Of a stretch of DNA of 42,340 bases, positions 29,634 to 37,918 are shown piece by piece. Position 1 is the stretch's first letter; each line of letters starts with the position of its first letter. The notes below the pieces were generated by a model, which was given only the letters and a program-made list of their open reading frames with translations, made no database searches and had not been told where the DNA came from. The stretch lies in assembly GCA_964435075.1 (NCBI GenBank), contig CAYSXT010000002.1, forward strand, positions 1-42,340. Reading direction: 5' to 3'. The position numbers and the translations under genes were made by a program. The DNA is from an uncultured Candidatus Saccharibacteria bacterium (GTDB lineage Bacteria > Patescibacteriota > JAUYIX01).

Positions 29634-30779
29634 ATGCAGGCCTCTATTGCTTCAATAATTTTCCTCTCAATTTTCTTAGGATTTGCACCAGTCCTTTTTT
29701 ATAGTTGGTTCTTTTTCTTAAGACGTAAAAAAAGATTCCAAAAAGGTAAGCAGCCTACTGCCCTATTAATTATGATGTTTTTTGGGGGAATTGGGGCCGT
29801 CATATTATCCTTTTTTAGTGAAAGATTCTTAATTGGGTTTTTACCACCCGAATTTGGTCTTTGTGTTGCATCATCGCCACTGTGTCGAACTGATAACGCC
29901 TTTACCATTTTAATACTGGCCGTTGCGACCTTCTTGATAGTGGGACCGATAGAGGAGGGCTTTAAATGGCTAGCAGTATTTTTTATAGGCTCTAAATCTC
30001 CTAAGTTTACTCGTATTATTGATGGAGTTAAGTATGGAGTTGCCGTCGCATTGGGCTTTGCCTCTGCTGAAAATGCCCTCTATCTATTCAGCAGTCTCCG
30101 AGTATTAGACATTAATAGTTTTGTGTCTACATTTTTATTGAGATTCGCGGTCTCAACTCTTGCTCACATAATGTACTCAGGAATTTTTGGTTATTACATT
30201 GGCCGAGCTCAGTTCCAAAGGTATGGAAGAGTTAAGCTTTATGCGATTGGTCTATTGCTGGCAATTGCCACGCATGGCTTGTTTGATTTTGTACTGTTCT
30301 CGAATGTAGGTTTTTATGCAATTCTCTTACTAGCTTTAATGTTTGGCGTAGTTTGGGTTCGTCTAAAAAGCCCAGAAAATTATGCAGTGCGTATTCCTGA
30401 ATTTATACGGCGCAAACCAGCCGCACGAGAAAAGGCATATACTATCCCCGTATCTACAAATCTAACGCCCGCCTATGCTGGATATCAAAACATTTATGCA
30501 GAAATTGATCCTGAGTTAAGACCGGTTGCACCACGACAAATTAAAGATGAGTTTATCCCGGACGAAGTTCCAAGTGAGTTTGCACAAGAAAAAACCGTCG
30601 AGACAATTAAAAAAGACCTAAAGGTTCCAGAAAAAACAGTTTCTACTCATCCCGAGTCAATGCGACAGGCAGATAAGCCCATAAGCACACCTTCACTTAC
30701 ACAGTTAGGCGCTCAAGGAATCGTTGATCAATCTGTGGCCAAAGTTAAAAAACGTAGTCTACAAATAAGCGGACAATAA
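29634..30779 (+). CDS. PrsW-family intramembrane protease with a long C-terminal soluble tail
   Basis: It has the motifs GPIEEGFKWLAV (EExxK) and ATHGLFDFVLF (HxxxD) and multiple TM helices. The C-terminal ~130 aa are non-hydrophobic and low-complexity. The start is set at ATG 29634 rather than TTG 29616. Confidence 0.7.
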   Translation: MQASIASIIFLSIFLGFAPVLFYSWFFFLRRKKRFQKGKQPTALLIMMFFGGIGAVILSFFSERFLIGFLPPEFGLCVASSPLCRTDNAFTILILAVATFLIVGPIEEGFKWLAVFFIGSKSPKFTRIIDGVKYGVAVALGFASAENALYLFSSLRVLDINSFVSTFLLRFAVSTLAHIMYSGIFGYYIGRAQFQRYGRVKLYAIGLLLAIATHGLFDFVLFSNVGFYAILLLALMFGVVWVRLKSPENYAVRIPEFIRRKPAAREKAYTIPVSTNLTPAYAGYQNIYAEIDPELRPVAPRQIKDEFIPDEVPSEFAQEKTVETIKKDLKVPEKTVSTHPESMRQADKPISTPSLTQLGAQGIVDQSVAKVKKRSLQISGQ

Positions 30780-30780
30780 A

Positions 30781-31914
30781 ATGAAGATCTTAATTATTGG
30801 TGCGGGTATTGCAGGACTCTATGCGGCGTTAGATGCAAATCTCCGGGGTGCCGAATGCACCATTATAGATAAGGGCCAGATCGGCTCAGGCACAACCGGC
30901 AAGGCTACGGGGTTACTTCACTCTGGTGCCAGATACGCCGTTAGTGATCCTACTGTTGCTGAGCTTTGCTCGCTTGAAAATCCAGTTTATAAAAATAATT
31001 TTCCTTTTGCGGTAGGCAAAGGACCAGGACTTTTTGTAACTCTCGACGATGCCGATCCTAGCTATATAGATAAGTTTGAAAAGGGCATAAAATCTATTGG
31101 TATTCCTATCCATAAAATTAATAGGACTAGAGCATTACAAATAGAGCCCTTCTTAAGTCCAGAAGTAACAGGAGGTTACTTAACCCCAGATGTTAGTCTT
31201 GATCCTGGCCTGATTACATTATCGTTAGGACAAGAATTACGAGCACGTAAGGTAACTGTTCTGGAAAATACGAGCCTAATAAAAGGGTCACACCAAGGAG
31301 GAACCTGGCAGATCACACTTGCTGACGTACAGGGGATTCAGTACAAGGCTTCTTATGACGCAATTGTTAATACTGCGGGAGCCTGGTCGGCAGATGTAGT
31401 CAATAGACTGGGAGGAACCCTTAAACTTGTCTACATACACGGCACAGTGATTGTTCTAGATAAACCTAAACTTAACCAAATTGTAAGTTTAGTAGGAGAG
31501 AACAGACCCGGGGATGTTTTAATTCCACATAACAATTATATAAACGTAGGAGCTACCTGGAAAAAATATACTCAATGGACAGAACCCAAAACAACTGAGA
31601 CAGACTTAGCTTTACTCAGGAAGGGGGCAAAAGGTCTAATACCAAATACAGCGGAGGCTAAAATTGTTAATTCTTATACTGGGATTAGAACACACTTGGG
31701 GTATAGTGATATAGAAAAAGGGGATTATGGAATTAGCCGAAATTACATGATTGCGAGTCATGGCATACTAGATCGACTGCCGGGGCTTTTTACGGCCTTA
31801 GCTGGTAAATTAATCTTGGGTAGGTTAGTGGCAGAAAAAACTATTGATAAAGTCTTTGAGGGCCAGAATATTCCGAGCCAAACTAAAGATTATAGACTGA
31901 CTAAGCCTCACTAA
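30781..31914 (+). CDS. FAD-dependent oxidoreductase, GlpA/GlpD-like (glycerol-3-phosphate dehydrogenase family), short form
   Basis: It has the Rossmann motif KILIIGAGIAGLYAA...IIDKG. GKATGLLHSGARYAVSD closely resembles the GlpA signature GLLHSGARYAV as I recall it from E. coli GlpA. Confidence 0.6.
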   Translation: MKILIIGAGIAGLYAALDANLRGAECTIIDKGQIGSGTTGKATGLLHSGARYAVSDPTVAELCSLENPVYKNNFPFAVGKGPGLFVTLDDADPSYIDKFEKGIKSIGIPIHKINRTRALQIEPFLSPEVTGGYLTPDVSLDPGLITLSLGQELRARKVTVLENTSLIKGSHQGGTWQITLADVQGIQYKASYDAIVNTAGAWSADVVNRLGGTLKLVYIHGTVIVLDKPKLNQIVSLVGENRPGDVLIPHNNYINVGATWKKYTQWTEPKTTETDLALLRKGAKGLIPNTAEAKIVNSYTGIRTHLGYSDIEKGDYGISRNYMIASHGILDRLPGLFTALAGKLILGRLVAEKTIDKVFEGQNIPSQTKDYRLTKPH

Positions 31915-31920
31915 CACTCA

Positions 31921-32541
31921 ATGAAACTAAATCAAAAGCCGCGACACCACGTAATAATTTCCGGAACCGGTAGAGCAGGCACCAGCTTTTTGGTACAGCT
32001 TTTATCAGAATTAGGACTAGATACCGGTTTTACGGAAACCGATTCTCACATCAATAAAAATGCGCGTGCAGGTTTAGAGCATGACATTAGAAACCCGGCC
32101 TCGCCATATATTGTGAAAAGTCCTTGGTTTTGCGACTACGCCGAAGACGTTTTTAAAAATCCTTCAATAAAGATTGATCATTTATTTATTCCTATGCGGG
32201 ATGCATCGGCCGCAGCAAAAAGCCGGCAATATGTTGTTGATAGTTCCAAAGAGGAGAATAAAAAGCCATCTCAAGTACAAGGGGGTTTTTGGCATACCGA
32301 CAAGCCAGGGGATCAGGAGACAATACTTTATAAACAATTATACAAATTAGTATTTGCCGCGTCCGATGCAATGGTTCCAGTAACTCTAATGCGCTATCCA
32401 CGGATAACTAATGATAGCCAATATTTATTTAAGAAATTGTCGCCTATTTTGAAGAATAAAAGTACCGATGAATTTACCAATGCCTTCAAAAAGACTGTTC
32501 AACCTGCCTGGGTTCATTCTTTTTCTGATGTAGATAAGTAA
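31921..32541 (+). CDS. Hypothetical protein, sulfotransferase-fold-like
   Basis: VIISGTGRAGTSFLVQLL resembles the 5'-PSB loop (RSGTT-type) and FIPMRDASAAAKS resembles the 3'-PB motif (RDxxxxxxS). This rests on motif recall only. Confidence 0.35.
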   Translation: MKLNQKPRHHVIISGTGRAGTSFLVQLLSELGLDTGFTETDSHINKNARAGLEHDIRNPASPYIVKSPWFCDYAEDVFKNPSIKIDHLFIPMRDASAAAKSRQYVVDSSKEENKKPSQVQGGFWHTDKPGDQETILYKQLYKLVFAASDAMVPVTLMRYPRITNDSQYLFKKLSPILKNKSTDEFTNAFKKTVQPAWVHSFSDVDK

Positions 32542-32546
32542 AAGTA

Positions 32547-33524
32547 TTAATCGATCGAATGAAACTTCTGATGAACGTCTTTTAATTTTGTATTCGTAAC
32601 GTGCAGATACATCTGAGTTGTGGCTAAGTTGGCATGCCCCAAGAATTCCTGGACTGTACGTGAGTCAACACCCTTATTTAATAAATCGGTAGCAAAAGTG
32701 TGTCTTAAGACGTGAGGAGTGACGCGGTAGGGGAGTCCGGCCAAGGTGCTGTACTTTTCTAGGGCATGTTCTATCGATCGCACTGATAATCTTCGTGAGC
32801 TAGTCGAGCGAATCTTAGCGTGCCGTACAAAAAGTGCCGGATCATTGTCAGTACGACGTGACTCATACTCCTTAATCCATTTGATAGCGCGAGGGGAGAG
32901 GTACACCGGACGAAGACGATCACCTTTACCTGTGATGGTTAGCTCGGTAGGTCCCCCGGGGTTAGTATTTTTTGGAATATGATTGCGATTAAGCCCTACT
33001 AGCTCAGAAACACGCAAGCCAGTCGAAAACAATGCCTCCATTATGGCCCTATCGCGGGCGCCGGTCATCTTTTTGGTATCAGGAGCAGCAAATAATTTTC
33101 TGAGCTGTTCTAGTGTTAGAAACTTAATATTTTTGTATCTGTCTTTGTCTTTGAGTCTTGGCAGAGTAACTGCAGAAACTGGGAGCGACTTGATACCCTG
33201 GGCTGCAAAAAAATCTAAAAAAGCTCTTAGAGAGACAAGGTAAAACATCCTCGTGCTCTTTTTTAAGGGCTTATTAGTCCTTGGGTTCTTATAGCGACTT
33301 AGAAATAGTCTGTAGCCATATATGTGGTCAGAAGAGAGGTTGCTAGGTAATAGGTCTTCTATGCCATCTTGTTTAAGCCATTTAAAGAATGGATCCAAAA
33401 ATCTACGATAGTTTTCTATGGTTCTAACAGAAGAATCCTTGGCAACCTCTAGATATTGAAAGAACTCCTCACGATACTGGGGGAGTGGCTTTTGACGCTT
33501 AGAATCCTTCTTAAGCATTTTCAT
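32547..33524 (-). CDS. Xer-type tyrosine site-specific recombinase
   Basis: It has the motifs TGLRVSELVGL (Arg I), HVLRHTFATDLL (HxxR) and LGHANLATTQMYLHV (catalytic Tyr), with an N-terminal SAM-like core-binding domain (SVRTIENYRRFLDPFFKWL). Confidence 0.85.
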   Translation of the reverse strand: MKMLKKDSKRQKPLPQYREEFFQYLEVAKDSSVRTIENYRRFLDPFFKWLKQDGIEDLLPSNLSSDHIYGYRLFLSRYKNPRTNKPLKKSTRMFYLVSLRAFLDFFAAQGIKSLPVSAVTLPRLKDKDRYKNIKFLTLEQLRKLFAAPDTKKMTGARDRAIMEALFSTGLRVSELVGLNRNHIPKNTNPGGPTELTITGKGDRLRPVYLSPRAIKWIKEYESRRTDNDPALFVRHAKIRSTSSRRLSVRSIEHALEKYSTLAGLPYRVTPHVLRHTFATDLLNKGVDSRTVQEFLGHANLATTQMYLHVTNTKLKDVHQKFHSID

Positions 33525-33532
33525 ACTATTAC

Positions 33533-33560
33533 ATTACACTTAAGGTATATTAAGTGCAAT
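33533..33560. other. dif-like recombination site (11-bp arm, 6-bp centre, 11-bp arm)
   Basis: The site reads ATTACACTTAA-GGTATA-TTAAGTGCAAT. The arms are inverted repeats matching at 10 of 11 positions. The site begins 8 nt upstream of the recombinase start codon. Confidence 0.5.
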
Positions 33561-33599
33561 AGAATTATTTGTGTATAAAACCTCTTTTTTACCTATTTC

Positions 33600-34199
33600 T
33601 TAATCCTTTTCGCTACCTGCCTGGTAGATACCTAAGTCTAAGGACTTGCCGGTAGTGGATCGTTTGGTCTTTTTACCAGCTGCCTGACGCTTCTTAATCA
33701 TTGCTGCAGCTCGCTTGAGCATAATCTTATCGTTTTTAAATGTAGCAGCCTTGATAGCTTTGGTCATAGTAAACCACCGCGCAGTTTGTCCATGCTCCCG
33801 GTCGTGGTCAGCTATAGTACCCGACTTTTTTTTAAACAGATAATAATGCACAAACTTATGAATAAACTTATTTGTAACAGGATGTATAAAATAGAAGTTG
33901 GCACTGCCTAGCTTAGGACCACCAGTACCAAATACGCCAGATTCTTCACGTACTTCACGTGTGGCAGTGTCTAAGAGCGATTCACCCCTTTCTCTATGAC
34001 CTTTTGGTAATCGCCAAGTCACAAAGGGCTTAAATTGACCAACTAAGACAACTTTTATCTGTCCCCTGCGCTTTGTATATAAAATTCCTCCGGCTGAGAC
34101 TTCGAGTTCTGCCTTTTTCTTTGAGAGTAAAGATTTTTTACGTTTTTTAGTCTTACTTAATTTTGCAGACTTTTTTGCTCTGTTTGCAGTTGGTACCAT
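33600..34199 (-). CDS. Nudix hydrolase with polybasic N- and C-terminal tails
   Basis: The Nudix box is GHRERGESLLDTATREVREESGV. The tails are NRAKKSAKLSKTKKRKKSLLSKKK and KKRQAAGKKTKRS. Confidence 0.85.
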   Translation of the reverse strand: MVPTANRAKKSAKLSKTKKRKKSLLSKKKAELEVSAGGILYTKRRGQIKVVLVGQFKPFVTWRLPKGHRERGESLLDTATREVREESGVFGTGGPKLGSANFYFIHPVTNKFIHKFVHYYLFKKKSGTIADHDREHGQTARWFTMTKAIKAATFKNDKIMLKRAAAMIKKRQAAGKKTKRSTTGKSLDLGIYQAGSEKD

Positions 34200-34208
34200 T
34201 ATTTAAGA

Positions 34209-35486
34209 CTATAGGTACAGACGTGGATTTACATGACTACCGTATGGCAACAGGCCATAAGGCTGTTGTATGGTCAAAAAGACTGTGAAGACCGTAAAAT
34301 GTAAATGATAACCGGTTGAGAATCCTGTACTGCCCATATGTCCGATGACATCGCCGGCCGAAACTGCCTGTCCAACAGAGACATCAGAGGATGACAACAT
34401 GTGGCCATACATTGTCACAAGTCCATCTGAAGTGCCTTCTATTGCAACCCAGTTTCCATAAGCCACTCCTCCCAGCGATCCGGCAGCGATAACTGTGCCG
34501 TCATGTGCAGACAAAATCGGGGTTCCAGCTTCATCCGCAATATCCAACCCGTTATGGAAACCACCCGGATAAACACCATTACCAAAGCTAGTTTTTCCGT
34601 ACTCCTGTGTAACGGTTCCATTTGCCACCGGCCATTTTAATATCCCATTTCCTGGAGGAACGGCGTTTCCCCCACCGCTCGAGGAGCCTTGAGAAGCTAA
34701 CTCATCCTCAAGATTTTTAATATCAGCGATAACCTGCTTCTGTAAAGCCTCGGTATCGGACAATATTTTCTGGTATTCAGCCTCTTCCCCCTTGGTTTTC
34801 TCTAAAATAGTGTCTTGCTCAGCTCGCTTATTTTGCTCTGCAAGCTTTTGACCTTCCATTGTCACCCGTAACTCAATGGCTTCTTGATGCTGACTTTCCA
34901 ACTCTTGTTTTTTTGTCTCTAGCTCTTTTTTTAGGTCTTGGATTTCATCAAGCTTTTTTTGTGTTTGCCCTTGAATAGTTGTTGTGTACTGCACCTCATT
35001 TAAAATATCGGAAAAGTTACCGTTAGAGAGCAACACATCAAACATATTTCTCTGACTCAGCTCATATAAAAGTCGAACAAATTCTTCAAGGTGTTCTTTT
35101 TTATTCTTGATGTCTTCTTCTTTGACCTTAATTTCGATAGTGGTTTTCTCAATCTCTTTTTCGGTTCGCTCTATCTTTTTTTGCGTTTTTTCTATCTCGA
35201 GCTCTAACTTATCAATCTGGTTTGTTATGACCGCTAATTTATTTTCGAGGGATTTAATTTCACCCTGCTTTTCTGTGATGTCGTTTTCTAAAGCCTCAAT
35301 TTTTTTATCAAGTTGATTGACCTCACCATTAAGATCATTTATATCCTCTTGGATATCCTCCACACCTCTTGCATTAGCTACAGGAGGCGCAATTAAGGCA
35401 GAACTAAAAAACGCGACACTAACAACTAATAACCCCGTTATTAATACTTGGAGTCGCCTTTTAGTCTTTGGCGTGAGAAGTCTCAT
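34209..35486 (-). CDS. M23 family metallopeptidase with an N-terminal signal/anchor and long coiled coil (EnvC-like)
   Basis: It has HNGLDIA...GTPILSAHDGTV (HxxxD) and GYHLHFTV (HxH), preceded by ~230 aa of heptad-like E/K/L-rich sequence. Confidence 0.85.
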   Translation of the reverse strand: MRLLTPKTKRRLQVLITGLLVVSVAFFSSALIAPPVANARGVEDIQEDINDLNGEVNQLDKKIEALENDITEKQGEIKSLENKLAVITNQIDKLELEIEKTQKKIERTEKEIEKTTIEIKVKEEDIKNKKEHLEEFVRLLYELSQRNMFDVLLSNGNFSDILNEVQYTTTIQGQTQKKLDEIQDLKKELETKKQELESQHQEAIELRVTMEGQKLAEQNKRAEQDTILEKTKGEEAEYQKILSDTEALQKQVIADIKNLEDELASQGSSSGGGNAVPPGNGILKWPVANGTVTQEYGKTSFGNGVYPGGFHNGLDIADEAGTPILSAHDGTVIAAGSLGGVAYGNWVAIEGTSDGLVTMYGHMLSSSDVSVGQAVSAGDVIGHMGSTGFSTGYHLHFTVFTVFLTIQQPYGLLPYGSHVNPRLYL

Positions 35487-35494
35487 GAATTTAT

Positions 35495-35524
35495 ATTATA
35501 TCACGTACGTGAAAGATTTGTCAA
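35495..35524 (-). promoter_or_regulatory. Near-consensus promoter with an embedded palindromic operator, abutting the M23 peptidase start
   Basis: The minus strand reads TTGACA-aatctttcacgtacgtga(18)-TATAAT, with TGa giving an extended -10, then ataaattc-ATG. The spacer contains the perfect palindrome TCACGTACGTGA (35501-35512). Confidence 0.6.
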
Positions 35525-35547
35525 TTTTTACCCACAGTTAGACAGCC

Positions 35548-37062
35548 TTAAGAAATGGCTTTAACGGCCATTTTAAGCCTTTCTAGGGACTTATTAACTC
35601 CTAACACCCAAATGATCTCTTGTGGCCCTGGTGAGGCCTTTAAACCGCTTAAAGCGACCCTGAGAGGCCAGAATACCTCTCCAATTGCCATATTATTGTC
35701 TTCACTGAATTTGCGCAGCATTTTTTCAACTTCATCAGGAGATGCTACCTCCACCTTATCTTCATTTTTACTAATAAAGTCAGTAATAGTCTCAAGTACT
35801 TTTAGGGTCGACTCACGTGTCCCCTTTTTCCAAATTAAAAGTTCAGAATCGTATTCCAATTTATCCTCGAAATAAAAATGGGTCAGATCCGGAATTTCAG
35901 CTAAAAATTGTAGGCGCTCCTGCACGGTTACTAAAACTTTTTTTGAGAATGCCGCGTCGGCTTGCTTTGCCTCTGGACTTAAAAAATCTTTACTAACTTT
36001 GACCAACTGCTCAGGTGAGAGACGACGTAAATACATTCCGTTCATCCATTGTAAACGCTTAAGATCAAAGACTGCCCCTGCTTTATTAATTTGTTTCATC
36101 GAAAAATTACTGACTAACTCTTCTCGAGTAAATATTTCTTGAGTGGTACCGGGGTTCCAGCCAAGTAAGACAATGTAATTTATTAAGGCCTCTGGCAAAT
36201 AGCCTAATTTCTGATACTCGGCAATCTCGGTCGGCCCAGCCCGCTTGCTCATTTTAGAGCGGTCTGGATTTAGGATTAGGGAAAGATGAGCAAAGAAGGG
36301 TGGTTCGATACCCAGAGCCTCTGCAATCAATAACTGCTTGGGAACGTTGGGAATATGATCCTCACCCCTAATAACATGAGTGATTTTCATTTCGTAATCA
36401 TCTATTAGATTAGCCAATAGAAATAGCGGGTCCCCGTTACTTTTCGCGATTACAAAATCGCCAAAATCTTTACTATTAAAACTAAACTTGCCCCGCACCT
36501 GGTCTTCAAAAACTATTTCTTTATTTTCTGGAACCTGAAATCTTATTACCGGAGTCCTTTGGTTTTTCTTATGAGCATCAATCTCTTCCGGTTTTAGGTT
36601 GCAGCAGCGTTTTTGGTATATCGGAGCCTTACCGGCTTTTAACATTCTTTTTCTGTCAACGTCTAACTCCTCGGGTGTGCAGTAACAATAATAGGCATTT
36701 TTATCTTCAAGTAGTTTTTTTAGGTAAGGCTTATAGCTTTCTAGACGCTCTGTTTGCCGATAGGGTCCAAATTCTCCATCCACATCAATACCCTCATCCC
36801 AATCCAATCCTAGCCATTTTAAACCGTCTTTTATATTATTTTCGTTGTCCTTGGTACTACGGCTAGTATCAGTATCCTCCATGCGCAAAACAAACTTTCC
36901 GACATTTTTACGGGCAAAAAGCCAGTTATATAAAGCTGTTCTGGCAGTGCCAATATGAAGTGAACCAGTAGGACTAGGAGCAATACGTACTCGTACATTA
37001 CCACCTGGTATCTCATCATTTTTAGGGCTTGAACCTTTTTGGTGTTTTAAGAATAAATTCAT
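35548..37062 (-). CDS. gltX: Glutamyl-tRNA synthetase
   Basis: It has RIAPSPTGSLHIGTARTALYNW (HIGH motif) and KMSKR. Confidence 0.95.
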   Translation of the reverse strand: MNLFLKHQKGSSPKNDEIPGGNVRVRIAPSPTGSLHIGTARTALYNWLFARKNVGKFVLRMEDTDTSRSTKDNENNIKDGLKWLGLDWDEGIDVDGEFGPYRQTERLESYKPYLKKLLEDKNAYYCYCTPEELDVDRKRMLKAGKAPIYQKRCCNLKPEEIDAHKKNQRTPVIRFQVPENKEIVFEDQVRGKFSFNSKDFGDFVIAKSNGDPLFLLANLIDDYEMKITHVIRGEDHIPNVPKQLLIAEALGIEPPFFAHLSLILNPDRSKMSKRAGPTEIAEYQKLGYLPEALINYIVLLGWNPGTTQEIFTREELVSNFSMKQINKAGAVFDLKRLQWMNGMYLRRLSPEQLVKVSKDFLSPEAKQADAAFSKKVLVTVQERLQFLAEIPDLTHFYFEDKLEYDSELLIWKKGTRESTLKVLETITDFISKNEDKVEVASPDEVEKMLRKFSEDNNMAIGEVFWPLRVALSGLKASPGPQEIIWVLGVNKSLERLKMAVKAIS

Positions 37063-37111
37063 GAAATTAGCTTAGCATGACAGAAACCATAAGTTAGTTT
37101 AATTTAGAGGT

Positions 37112-37918
37112 ATGAGCTTAGTCTATTCAGCACTAGTCCCACATCCGGCAAATTTATTAATGTCAGGAGATAAGGCTAAAAAACTAGCAGAAACAGCCGC
37201 TGCTTTTCAAAAGATAAAAAATGATATCAAAGAGAGTGGTACCAACTCAATTGTTTTAGTTTCCTCTGCAGCCGTTGGACCACTGGACCCGTATTCTCCT
37301 CCAGTAGCCCAAAAAAATGTTTATGCTTATTACACTTTAGATAAGTTAACAACAGGACCAATTCAGGATGTGGAGACCGGACCAAAAATTTTCAATAACG
37401 ACCTTTCTTTGATGCAGGCTATTACAGTAAAGGGAAAGCCCCTAGGAATAACTGTTGGTAAGGTTCCCCGCATAAAACTTGATCAAAGCTCGAGTATTGT
37501 CGCTTCCCTGCTTAGCGATCCTGATGCGGTTTACAACTTGTCGGTAATCCATTTACCCTATAAACCAGTACTTTCCGTTGTGGACTTTGGCACTCTCCTG
37601 GCCGCGGTATTCAATAGTACTGAATCAAAAATTGCACTTTTTGGTATTGGCAATCTCTCCTCTAGGTTAAGCAAGGATGGCGCTGCCGGCTATAAGCCAC
37701 AAGGCAAAGAGTTTAACGACAATATTATTAGCGGAGCCAAATCTAACGATTTTAGTAAGGTGCTCTCAATGTCACCGGAAGATTTAGAGGCAGCCGGCCA
37801 AGAGGCAGCCTCACTATTGGCAGTGTTAGTAGGAGCCAACTCTGACGCAAAAGCAAATCTTATGTCATACGAGGAATTAGACGGTACCGGCTATGCAGCA
37901 ATATCGTGGAAAAAGTAG
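37112..37918 (+). CDS. Class III extradiol dioxygenase (LigB/MEMO-like) fold protein, apparently degenerate
   Basis: The N-terminus is YSALVPHPANLL (compare PHPP). LDQSSS sits where the family has LDHG, and IGNLSSRLSKDGAAGYKPQGKEFD sits where it has SGDLSHRL...AP.GY.P.G.EFD. A Shine-Dalgarno GAGG lies 2 nt upstream of the ATG. Confidence 0.35.
   Translation: MSLVYSALVPHPANLLMSGDKAKKLAETAAAFQKIKNDIKESGTNSIVLVSSAAVGPLDPYSPPVAQKNVYAYYTLDKLTTGPIQDVETGPKIFNNDLSLMQAITVKGKPLGITVGKVPRIKLDQSSSIVASLLSDPDAVYNLSVIHLPYKPVLSVVDFGTLLAAVFNSTESKIALFGIGNLSSRLSKDGAAGYKPQGKEFNDNIISGAKSNDFSKVLSMSPEDLEAAGQEAASLLAVLVGANSDAKANLMSYEELDGTGYAAISWKK

Noticed and set aside
32547-33524. Tyrosine recombinase as the marker of a prophage or integrative element
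   Set aside because: No phage, conjugation or transposase genes flank it, and no tRNA or direct repeats were seen. The motifs and the N-terminal domain are Xer-like, and a dif-like site lies beside it. Housekeeping dimer resolution is the simpler reading.
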